DNA from: Anolis carolinensis
Lineage: Eukaryota
DNA: 64,000 nt
Assembly: GCF_035594765.1 (NCBI RefSeq)
Contig: NC_085846.1
Span: forward strand, 21,191,190-21,255,189
Reading direction: 5' to 3'
Made by a program: the position numbers and the translations under genes. Each line of letters begins with the position of its first letter. The first letter of the stretch is position 1. Below are positions 24,810-35,851 of this stretch, one piece after another. The notes beneath the pieces were generated by a model. The model saw only the letters and a list, made by a program, of their open reading frames with translations, did no database searches and had not been told where the DNA came from.

Positions 24810-26013
24810 AGAGGGGGAAAGTAACTTACCTTTCAGAAGTATTCTCTAGCAGTGTTGTGATCTTTGTCACCAAAAATTCCTGGTTCCAAAGTCCTTCATT
24901 TCATTACCCAGCACAGTGCTGATACTGACAGATATTCTGTCTGCATAGTTATATATTCCATCTAAGAACATTTGTATTTTATATTTATGCTCTCATGGAC
25001 TATGGCACCCCTCCTTAATGTGTTTCATCTTGGAGGAATATATAATTTCCTTTGATATATTAGCACAGGGGAACTGTGTACTCTTTTTAATGCTATTTTT
25101 AAACTATAGCAAGCGTGCCCCTGTGAGAGACAGAATTAAAGCATTGCCTCTCTATAAGAACTTTGCCTCTCTTCCCAACCCCGTTGATTTTGGCGGAACT
25201 GGGTTTTCTGAGAAATAATGAGGGGAATTAACACATTGTTCTGCAGTCCTTGGGCAATTTTTCTTTCTACTTACCAATAATTCCCAAAGTGATGTATGGC
25301 AGGAAAAAAAATGTTTGAAACAATGGGAAGCAACAAGATAAAGTGTCAGAAGTATATTCTGCCTTCCTCTCTTCAATTTATATAAAAATAAATAATGATT
25401 TGTCATCTCCTCCAGCATAGTGTTGGAGCCAGTGAAATGTAGTGGTTTGAGTATGATATCAGCACTCTGAGAGACCAGAATTTGCATCTCTATTCAGTGC
25501 TTGAAAATCTACTGGGTGACTAAAGAAACCCCTCTCTCAGCCACAGAGGAAAACAATGACAAACCAGATCTGAACAAATTTTGCCAAGAAAACCCATATA
25601 GTAGATTGGTCATTAGTTGGATTTGACATGATGATACAAACAAACTCTTTCTGGCTGGTATGAAAATGTGACATGTGATGGATACATGTGAATAGTCTAT
25701 TACAGAAGCAAATAAAATTAAATGTTGATATCATTTGAACCCTTTTAGGGGGAAAAAAATCTTCCCCCTTTCTCCAAATGTGAATTCCAACACAATGAAA
25801 TGAAATCAGACTTTTAGGTCAAGTTTATTCAAGTATTTATTAAAGAAAAATATATGAAATTGGAAGGAGAAAGTGAACCTCTTTTCCAAAAATGAAAAGG
25901 CAATAAAAATATATTTTGGAAATCACAGTTGTCTCCCAAGCATACACACAAGGTAAAAATCTACAATGGGAACAAAGCTGGCATTAAATAAGAAAGTTTA
26001 TTAACATGCAACC

Positions 26014-26970
26014 CTACATGCTTTCAAATACACACAATTTAGCAACAACTTTCTTGAGGGCCTTCTTAACCTCCCTATTCCTCAAACTGTATATCAGGGG
26101 GTTGAACAAAGGTGTCAGGATTGTGTAGAAAAGAGAGAAGATTTTGTTGAGGTGTCTTAGTGCATCAGTTTTGGGCAACATGTAGACAATCATTATGGTG
26201 CCGTAGAAGGTGGCTACCACAATCAAGTGTGAGGAGCAAGTTGAAAAGGCCTTTTGCCTCCCACTTACGGATGGGATACCCATGATGGTAGATATGATAG
26301 AAACATAAGATGCCAAAGTCAACAAGAAAGGAGGTAGAGAACATATAGCAGCTAGAAGAGTAGTTAAAAGCTTAATCATGTGTGTGTCACTGCAGGACAT
26401 CTTTAATATTGGGTTGAAATCACAAAAGAAATGGTTGATTTTACCAGAGTCACAGAATTGTAACTGGCTCATTAAATATATTGTTATATTAATGGCCAAG
26501 GAACCACTGATCCAAGATCCAGCTACCATCTGGAAACAAACTCTGTCATTCATTAGTACTAAATAGAGCAGTGGCTTACATATAGCCACATATCTATCAT
26601 AGGACATTGCAGCGAGAAGATAGCATTCTGAAACTGCCAAGAAACCAAAAAAGTAGTATTGGGTCATGCAGCCAGTAACAGAAATGGTTCCTTGACCCCC
26701 ACTGAGAAGGTTGGCCAGCATCAATGGAAGGATATTAGAGCTGTAGCAAGTCTCCAGGCAAGACAGATTAACCAAAAAGAAATACATAGGAGTGTGGAGG
26801 TGCCGATCAACCACAACCAGTACAATGATGAGAATGTTACCAGCCATTGTCACAATATAGATCAGGAGGAAGAGGAAGAAGAGGAGAATCCGCCAATTTC
26901 CAATATCTCTAAACCCCAGCAATAGGAATTCAGTGAGTGCTGTTTTATTTTCCTGTTCTGTTTTGGCCAT
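26014..26970 (-). CDS. Olfactory receptor (class II), 318 aa, intact
   Basis: NKT sequon, LHTPMYFFLVNLS, MSYDRYVAICKPL, HFFCD, KAFSTCSSHL, PLFNPLIYSLRN; acceptor tttgcag about 16 nt upstream of the ATG. Confidence 0.96.
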   Translation of the reverse strand: MAKTEQENKTALTEFLLLGFRDIGNWRILLFFLFLLIYIVTMAGNILIIVLVVVDRHLHTPMYFFLVNLSCLETCYSSNILPLMLANLLSGGQGTISVTGCMTQYYFFGFLAVSECYLLAAMSYDRYVAICKPLLYLVLMNDRVCFQMVAGSWISGSLAINITIYLMSQLQFCDSGKINHFFCDFNPILKMSCSDTHMIKLLTTLLAAICSLPPFLLTLASYVSIISTIMGIPSVSGRQKAFSTCSSHLIVVATFYGTIMIVYMLPKTDALRHLNKIFSLFYTILTPLFNPLIYSLRNREVKKALKKVVAKLCVFESM

Positions 26971-27559
26971 AGTGGCAGCTCACACCTGCAAAGATCAATA
27001 TTGTTACAAATGAATGAGAATAAAATTTTTAGTTAATTCCCCCATTAATATTTTATGTTAGTTAGAAAAAAGATTGAATAAAGCTCAAGGGTAGGAAAGC
27101 CACAAAGAACTGAAAAGTAATATAGCGTTACAATCATTGAAATAAGCTATGGTGAACTTGGTGGGGCTTACTTTTGGAATAGATGTACTTTGGATTGCAC
27201 TGCCTTTGGGTTCACTGGTCTTCTTTACCAGTGACAGCTAAAATGCTTTGTTGTTAGAATATGGTTGCATGACTTCACTACCCACTCTTTTTCTTCTTTT
27301 CATCTGCATTGAGAAGAATTAAAGGGTTGTGTCATACCCCATGAAAACTCTCACTGTTTACTCCTAGCTAAGCCCTTTTTAGTTAGAGAGATTAATATTT
27401 TATGTACAGTTTCTGGGAGGTTAGTCTAGACAGCCTCTTTGCATTTGAAGCCTTCGTGACCCTGCCCCTTTAAGAATCCCCTCAGGGGCTGAGCAACAGG
27501 CAAAGCATTTCTGGTTCTTGGAAGAGTAAACCTTTTCATGATTGGATGGTGAAGAGAGA

Positions 27560-28537
27560 CAGGGCCGGCCGGAGATAATTTTTAATGGGAAGCGGGGGTG
27601 CTGAAAAGCGCCCCCGCCACCGGCCCCGCCTCCCGCGCCCTGGCCCCGCCTCCCACGCTGCGTGGGAGGCGGGGCCATGGCGATTAGTGAGGGGGCGGGG
27701 CCACAGTTGGCCCCGCCCCCGCCCAGCGTGCCCTGGCCCCGCCTCCCACGCTGCGTGGGAGGCGGGGCCAGGGCACGCTGGGCGGGGGGGCGGGGCCAGA
27801 GTTGGCCCCGCCTCCCACGCTACTCCCACTCGCCCGTCTGGCCTTCCTAGCAGGCCAGAAAGCAGCGGAGGTCCCTCCAGGCCGCGATTGCGGCCTGGAG
27901 GGACCTCCGCTGCTTTCTGGCCTGGTAGGAAAGGCCAGACGGGCGAGCGGGAGTAGCGGAGGCGGAGCCAGCTCTGACGCCGCTCCCCCCCCCGCCCAGC
28001 GTGCCTTGGCCCCGCCTCCCGAGGCAGGGCCAAGGCACGCTGGGCGGGGGGGAGCGGCGTCAGAGCTGGCTCCGCCTCCGCTACTCCCGCTCGCCCGTCT
28101 GGCCTTTCCTACCAGGCCAGAAAGCAGCGGAGGTCCCTCCAGGCCGCAATCGCGGCCTGGAGGGACCTCCGCTGCTTTCTGGCCTTCTAGGAAGGCCAGA
28201 CGGGCGAGCGGGAGTAGCGTGGGAGGCGGGGCCAGCTCTGACGCCGCTCCCCCCCCCGCCCAGCGTGCCTTGGCCCTGCCTCCCACGCAGCGTGGGAGGC
28301 GGGGCCAAGGCACGCTGGGCGGGGGGGGGGAGCGGCGTCAGAGCTGGCCCCGCCTCCCACGCTACTCCCGCTCGCCCGTCTGGCCTTTTCAAGCAGGCCA
28401 GACGGGCCAGGGCGCACTGGGCGGGAGGCGGGGCACCGTCAGGGCGGTGCCCCGCCTCCCGCCCAGCCTGACGGCGCCCCCCCGGGCCTGCGCCCGAGGC
28501 GGCGGCGTCAGCTGCCGCATGAGTGGGGCCGGCCCTG
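27560..28537. mobile_element. Non-autonomous hAT element, GC/CpG-rich, internally palindromic
   Basis: 11-bp TIR cagggccggcc / ggccggccctg; 8-bp TSD aagagaga at 27552-27559 and 28538-28545. Confidence 0.9.
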
Positions 28538-29054
28538 AAGAGAGAGGAAGGCCGGAAGGTCTACAAAATAGCATATCCAATCGAAGCTGTATTCAAGTCC
28601 AGTCGGAGTTGTATTCAAGTTCAGTTGGATCTATATTCAAGTACAGTCAGAGTTAAATATTGAGACCATCTTACAGACAGCTGAACACCATACAAGAAAG
28701 AGAAAATAAGAAGAAATAAAGATTCAAGAGCCTCAGTAAAGCCAGAACTGGGTCTATCTCTCAAAGACTTTACCTCTCCTCATAAAGACTTTGTAGTGAG
28801 ACTCAGGAGGAGAGAACGTCTACAATTCTTTTCAGTTAATAAACTCTTGTTTGATTCAGATATATAGTTTCTGATCTATTCCCTGTGCAGCCAGTTCACC
28901 TTCCAAGTAGTTAAGATAGCATGGGAGTAAAATAGGTTGGATTCATGGTTGATTTGTTGTCTTGACTTTACTGTGGTCTGTATTCTACTAGATTAGAAGA
29001 GAATCCAGTCATAATATTTCATTGGTAGAATCCATAACCGGAAAGGAAAAGTAT

Positions 29055-29340
29055 TATTTATTTATTTATTTATTTACAGCAACAACATCATAAATTAGTT
29101 AAATTCCAACATCATAAATTAGTTAAATTTGCCTTCCCACTTTGTAAGTGGTACGTTATTTCTTACATGATAGATGCAACTATCTTTCGGGTTGCTAGGT
29201 CAGCAACGAGCAGGGGCTATTTTTTATTTTTTTAATTGACGGGTGCTCACCTCGCCAGGGGCTGGCCTTGAAGTCATGACCTCATGGTCAGTGGTTTATT
29301 GCAGCAGGCTGCTCACCAGCCTGCACCACAGCCTGGCCCC
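29055..29340 (-). mobile_element. tRNA-derived SINE, degenerate
   Basis: Minus strand begins gggccaggctgtggtgcaggctggt with A/B-box-like head; (taaa)n tail at 29055-29076. Confidence 0.55.
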
Positions 29341-30214
29341 CTTTCCTATGTAACTCTGGTTTTGAGTGGCACAATCAGTGGAAAGCAAAACATATTTTAT
29401 AGCATTCTTGGTGGAATGCTAGATTTTGCCCATTTTCTAGTCAAAATACATAGTGTGCAAAAATAAGGGAATATATTTAGAGCTTTTACCCCAGAAACAC
29501 CCTAGTACTAGTAATGCAGAATTCTAAAGTAAATACATGTAGAAATTCACATTGATATAGAAACTGAGCCAATTGTTTTTCTTCTTTTCCTGTTTTTAAC
29601 AGCTAGATACAAAACTGAAGTTGAAATTGAAAATGGGAATCACACTTTTCAATTTCTATTTCATATCTAACACAATACATTATACAAAGAAATCAATATT
29701 AGAAATCCAGTTTGGGTTATTTCACAGTATCACAGTATTGGAAAGGAAGATGATAAATTGCTACACCAATAATCTTGTGCTTAGACTAGATATAATGATT
29801 ACAGCCATCCTCCACATCCTGCATTGAAAGGTTCAGGTACATTGGGGCTGAACTATCCCAAGGTTGGAACTAGTTGGTGCCACTAGGTAGAATCTTGTCA
29901 ATGTGCTAGACTAATAGTTATGTTTTTTCAAAGATCACTCAGAGTTGGCCAGATAAGGTTGACAATATGAAATACAGCAGCCAGTTTCTCTGTCATCTTA
30001 TTTCTTTCACTTAGCTGTTTATGTTCTGCTTCCATTATCTATATCAGTAGATTTATTCCCACATAGTACATCAACATTATTTCTTGCATATCAGGAGAAA
30101 TGGTTAGAAAAGAAACCTCTTCCTGACAGTCAATGCAAAACATGAGAGAATACTCATAACTGCCTTTGCCTTATCTGCAGTCTAAAGTGATACCATGAAG
30201 GATTTCAATACCAC

Positions 30215-30280
<66 letters not shown>
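30215..30280 (+). repeat. (AAT)n microsatellite
   Basis: About 22 aat units. Confidence 0.95.
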
Positions 30281-30281
<1 letters not shown>

Positions 30282-31947
30282 TGCATAATGGCTCTGTGAT
30301 CTCCCTGTAAAGAATCTGGGATCCTGAAATGTTTGTGAAAGGATAAGTAATGGCTCTACAATAGAGAACATACAACCCTGTCATCTCCAGGAAGCAATGG
30401 CCATGGCCTTTTGAAACCCCGGTAAGCCACTGCTAATCTGTGTGTACAACATTGAATTAGATGGTAAATTACTCAGTATTCAGTTTGAGAGCTGACAGCA
30501 CATTCCTACATATGTCTACTTAGAAATACATTCACTTGATTTCAATGCAGTTTGTTCACTAAATTAAAGCAGGGTTAGATTTATACAATACTATCTTCCC
30601 CTTCTTTAGAATTCCTACTGTATCGTACTACATGTTCCTGTTTTCATAATCAAGTTTCCCACCTCCAGTTCTGTGGTAAAATTGCCATACCAGTTGAATA
30701 ACAATGATAACATATTCAGAATGAATGTAGTAATATCATATTATTATCTCTCTCTTTCTTAAAGAAGTTCAGAGCAACATATAGGTTTCCTTGTGCCACC
30801 ACTTTGTATTTTTTTAAAATCCTCACTATCTTCTACCAGTAATTTCTATGGTATTCTGCTATGAGAAATGCAATTCCACTAGAAGTCTAAAGCTTCCATA
30901 TATCCTTAGTTTTCATTGTGGACTTCATTATTTAGCCTAGCCTAACATCTTTTCCTTGGACCTCATGAAGTGTGTGTGTGTGTATTAATGTACACTTGTC
31001 TGAAATTCTTCGATCAAACAATATGTAAATATTTATGAATGAATGAATCTGTGGAGTGAATCTATTCTGGATTTGAGAAATAATTTTAGAAGACCCTTTC
31101 CACAGTGCTGAACCCACTATTAGATTCAGCAGCTTGGAAAACTCCTGACTACTTTGTAAAATAGGACAAAATAGCACATTTTGGCTAGTGCAAGATCACC
31201 CAGTAAACCTTCAGTGCTGGATACAGATTTCAGCTCAGCTTCACACATAAAACACTCTAGTTAGTCTCAGACTACATATCTTCATCCACCCTGCCTCCCC
31301 CCAAGATTTAGTTTTACATATGAGTATGTGATTGAAAATAAGACATAAGTAGATATGGATAATCCACTGCTTTATCAAACATAATTTGATCCCATATTAT
31401 CTTCACCTGTTAAAACACCTCTACATATTATAAAGTGATGGTGGTGCTAGAATTTCATTTACCTGTTCTGCTATGTCTTTCTTTGGGACAAAGACTTCAT
31501 CCTTTCACCTCATCTTCTTTATTATTTCAGTGCATTCTTAACCGTTTTAAAAAAAGCACATGTGTTATCAACTTCATGTCTTTAATATTTCATCAGAATG
31601 AACACTCTCCCTTGTTTTTCTGTCTTCCCATGGGGAGATCACAGTCTCCTTAGACATGGGGTTTTTTTTAATGCACCAAGGTTATTTTTATCTTTTGACA
31701 TTGTTATTTTAAAAGTACAGTAGCAGGCTTCCAAAATAACTCATAGAAATAGGTGTTAGAGATGATGAAACCTGTTGTTACTCTGATATTTTTACTATAC
31801 CTTTTACTACAATCAGTGGAAGGTATTTTTCTGAAGACCATTAGAATGTGGAAGATAGATGTAATATATAAATATACTTGTCTATTAAGAAACTGTTCCT
31901 GGTCATTTATGTTTGTTCCCTTTAGATTCACTGCAATATTATACTTG

Positions 31948-31990
31948 TCCACCTGAGGAAAACCTAATACAAGTCAAAACCGGTCGTGGA
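31948..31990 (+). ncRNA. Degenerate minimal type I hammerhead ribozyme motif (Penelope-type)
   Basis: tccac-CTGAGGA-a-aac..gtc-AAAA-ccgg-TC-gtgga; stem I tccac/gtgga; GAAA decayed to AAAA. Confidence 0.55.
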
Positions 31991-32369
31991 AATCCTCTGC
32001 AAGGAAGCAGAAGCTCAAAAAAGAAAAGAAAAAAAGAATTGTAGAGCAATATCTTTGCTTGAAAACCTGTTGCTTTAAACTTTTCTCTACAAGAGAGTAA
32101 AAGAAACTACTGCCTTTAAGGAGGAATTTGTTTCAAACAAAACTCCCAAAAATCAAAACTAAACTGTTAAAATAAATGTTCCACCCAGGTATCTGGAAAT
32201 GAACTTCAGATAATTAAGTTAGTTCACAATTTCTGGATCTCTTCCATGGTCTTTGTCCTTAATTTGACCCTTTTCCTGGATGGATGTTAGCCTTTCACAT
32301 CTGTATCCTGTTTGAAGCTATGAGACAATAAAGAATTGCAATAGAGGGAAAATGAAACATTGTAAATGT

Positions 32370-32458
32370 TTATTTGTTTAGTCTGTCTGTAAAATCCAAG
32401 AAGCAAACGCATAGCAAAGAAATGCTGATGCCTAATTTTAAAAAACGGGGATTGTTAC
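32370..32458 (-). CDS. Candidate terminal exon of FN2 gene B (SNNPRFLKLGISISLLCVCFLDFTDRLNK*)
   Basis: Acceptor tttctgcctcagcag|GTAAC, phase-1 compatible; stop overlaps AATAAA (32369-32374). Speculative. Confidence 0.3.
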
Positions 32459-32577
32459 CTGCTGAGGCAGAAACATGATATAAAATTTTTACCAAGGCTT
32501 CTGGGTCTTCTAATCCTGATCCCCAGTAGGGCTATGACCCAAGGAACATTTATCACCTGCACTCTTCCCATTCTAGT

Positions 32578-32722
32578 AAAGGTAAAAGTTTCCCCTGACG
32601 TTAAGTCCAGTCGTATACGACTCTGGGGGTTGATGCTCATCTCAATTTCTAAGCCGAAGAGCCAGCGTTGTCCGTAGACACCTCCAAGGTCATGTGGCCG
32701 GCATAACTGCCTGGAACGCCAT
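32578..32722 (-). mobile_element. Sauria SINE, 3' fragment
   Basis: aaaggtaaaagtttcccctgacgttaagtccagtcg...ccaaggtcatgtggcc, matching the other copies in the window. Confidence 0.8.
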
Positions 32723-34511
32723 TCTAGCCCATGTTAAATGATTAGACTACTGCTCAAATAAAGGAGAAGGCAGAAGCATACTCTCAAAGTTTCCTGAATT
32801 TGCAGTGATGCTCCAAATTAATTCTCTTATTGTTCCACCTTCTCAATTTCTTTTAAAGTGCCCCAGTTTCTCTTTCCTCCTCTGTCCTTTGTTCTCAGTT
32901 TACTTCAGTTTCTAGAAACTGGTCTCAATTAATTTAAGGGTGGAAAGAGAAGGGGACAGCATCTTGCCTTTCCTGGTAGGTTCCTCCCAACATTTTACAA
33001 ATATCAGCACTTAATGCTTCCAAAAACATGAGTACAGAAGCATCCCATGGATCCTAAATCAGTGGATCCACAGGTTTGTCTTTGCTTTCCACTGAGAGTA
33101 GAGCACGTCACCTGTCCAAGGTCACCAAGTGAGTTTCCATGGCTAGACAAGTATTCAAAATCCTGTTCACCAGCACCATAATCCAATGCTCAGAATACTA
33201 TACCACATTGGTTTTCCAATACAGCTGGCTCTGCTATGTTTCTTGCACCTATCTATTTGCTAGAACAAGTATGTTCTTACCCGAAGGGTCACAGGGAGTC
33301 CTTTCTGGATTTGCATCATGGCTTGGCTTCTTGATAAGGACTAAAAGAACAAGAAGAACAACAATGAAGAAAAGGGAGTTAGTTATAATACAGCTCCCAG
33401 TCCACAGATTGTTGTGGAACACAAACGATGAAACCATCTCTCAGACGTTTAAGGCCCAAACTAGTTAAGGCATTAAACTTTAGTAGTTGGGACTTGATGC
33501 AATGTGCAACCTATAATGCTGAGACAGGCCATTCATCTATTATGGACTGGCACATTGTTGAAAAACCTTATGTTTTAAATCAAGATTTTAAAGGGTATAG
33601 ATGCTACAGAGATTTATGTGTTGTGAACATAGCTAGCTCTACAGAACCTACCAAACAAGCAGAGTAATATGTACAGCAGACATATATATAAACCTTCACT
33701 CAGATCTCATGTGAGAGGGCTCTCATGAGAGTTCTGGACTTCCACAAGAGTCTGGAATGTTTGCAAAACATGTTTCAGATTTATATATGTGCCTATATCA
33801 TATGTAACAGTTATTGATGAGCTGGTCTGGCAATACAGAAGGTAGTCCAGTATTGCTATCTGAAAACCCTAGAAACCATAGCTGGATCCCCCCTCCACCA
33901 ACTGAAAAGTTACCAGTCCCCAAAGCCAATCTCAGCAGTCCTGCCTGTAGCATTTGTTTCTTGAACAAAAAAAATCATTCATATATAAATATGGTAAATA
34001 AATAAATAAACACTTTTGTTTAACTTTCTCAAATACAACAACAATAAACCTAGGTCATTCCTGATACATCAATGAGGATATATTTATTCAAAACCTTTAA
34101 ACAAAAGAACTGGGTCCAAAGGAGCTTCCTCCTGTGACTTTACTGCCAAACTTGCTTTGACCTGTAATTAGGTGATGAGTACTACGATTATGCCATTTAT
34201 TGCTTCTCATAATGATATAGGACTATTTCAGTTCCTTCAAGTTTAAAATTATGCTGCATGACTGGTTTGAGGGCAAAATAATATGTGAAGTTTGAGTTGT
34301 AATTCGTTTTCCCCAACAAATTGCACACAAAATGTCTAGGGGCTTTTTATGAGCTCATCTACAAGGGCCTTAAAGAAGGAACAAATAAACTCAATGGCAT
34401 CCACATGACACACAGAACAGACTCACTCTTAGCACTGGGCAAGGCTGCTTAACACAGTCTTGCCCCACATTAGGCAAAGTCAGGGAATGGCCCTTCCCTA
34501 AAGTTCTAGCA

Positions 34512-34930
34512 CAGTGGTTCTCAACCTGTGGGTCCCCAGATGTTTTGACCTACAACTCCCAGAAATCCAGCCAGTTTACCAGCTGATAGGATAGCTCCTG
34601 GTGGCATAGTTGATTAAAGCCTTGTGACTTGAAGGTTGGGTTGCTGATCTGAAAGCTGCCAGGTTCGAATCCCACCCGAGGAGAGCGAGGATAAGCTCCC
34701 TCGATCAGCTCCAGCTCCATGTGGGGACATGAGAGAAGCCTCCCACAAGGATGATAAACATCAAAACATCCGGGCGTCCCCAGGGCAATGTCCTTGCAGA
34801 TAGACAATTCTCTCACACCAGAAGCGACTTGCAGTTTCTCAAGTCGCTCCTGACACGAAAAAAAAGCTGATAGGACTTCTGGGAGTTGAAGGCGAAAAAC
34901 ATCTGGGGACCCACAGGATGATAACCACTG
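34512..34930. mobile_element. hAT MITE containing a SINE insertion
   Basis: TIR cagtggttctcaacctgtgggtccccagatgtttt / aaaacatctggggacccacaggatgataaccactg; near-TSD ttctagca / ctctaaca. Confidence 0.8.
34592..34864 (+). mobile_element. tRNA-derived SINE with A-tail and 11-bp TSD
   Basis: A box tggcatagttg, B box ggttcgaatcc; TSD agctgatagga at 34581-34591 and 34865-34875. Confidence 0.85.
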
Positions 34931-35270
34931 CTCTAACACTTCCATGCACTTTGGGACATTGTGAACAGTTGGGCCTGTTTGGGGACTATCGCAGCAAAGC
35001 CATGAGTCTTTGGGGTGATGATATAGCCATAGTGGAGTCCCACCTGCAGAATTCTTATTCCACACTATGTGTAATCTGATCCATTTTCACAGGAAATGGT
35101 TCATATATTACGCGCACATATGTTGGATATTGTGCAAACAATGGCAACTTGAGTGTATGGATTTTATAGGCAGTGATAGGCAGCCCATTTTCGTTAGTGG
35201 GATACAAATACAAAAATGAAACTACACAACAAACAACAATTCCATACAAAAGCACAACACTAATACTTAC

Positions 35271-35435
35271 TGGTATCTGCACAGTAGCTCCATTTTCTGT
35301 CTTTATCAAAGTTGTTTGTTGTAGCACACCAGAACATCCGCGGTCTCACATGCTCATCTGTGCATGTATAAAACTTCCGTCCCTTATAAACAAAAGGGAA
35401 CACACAGGGTTGTCCATCTGTGTTCCCACCATGTT
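35271..35435 (-). CDS. FN2 gene B exon 3 (FN2 domain, type b, 165 bp)
   Basis: ttaacag|[55 protein letters not shown]|gtaagt; phase 1-1; four Cys. Confidence 0.9.
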
Positions 35436-35851
35436 CTGTTAAATACAAGAGAGACAGAATAGGTGTATGAGGGTCACAATCCAACATGAACACCTTTAAG
35501 CAAACATGGCATTGTTCCTCTTGAACAAGCGCTGTAGGCTGAAATGAAGAACCTCTTCCGCAGTCCCAGTGACAGCAGAGACTGACAGTCTTCACTCCCA
35601 ATCCCTTCAACATCCATTTTAACTTTCTCCATGCTTCTGCCTGCATGAAGAAAATAATCAGTGTTTGGAGGAGTGACAAGTTTGGTTGATGTTTTGCGTG
35701 GACAGTGGCAGCCAGCCTCCCCCTGCCAGGAACCTGCAAGCAAAGACAAATACAATGGTTTGGGATAACCAAAGGCCACAATTTGTTTATTGGTTGCAAT
35801 GAAAAAACTGGGTTGGCAGCCATGCATGGGTCCTGGATCATGCCTGGCTAC

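Noticed and set aside
27421-28656. Multiple overlapping Pro/Gly/Arg-rich ORFs up to 284 aa on both strands
   Set aside because: Artefact of a GC-rich palindromic hAT element with few stop codons.
30171-30371. Poly-Tyr ORF
   Set aside because: Translation of an (AAT)n microsatellite.
34592-34680. tRNA gene (A and B boxes)
   Set aside because: Head of a SINE with an A-tail and TSD; no complete cloverleaf.
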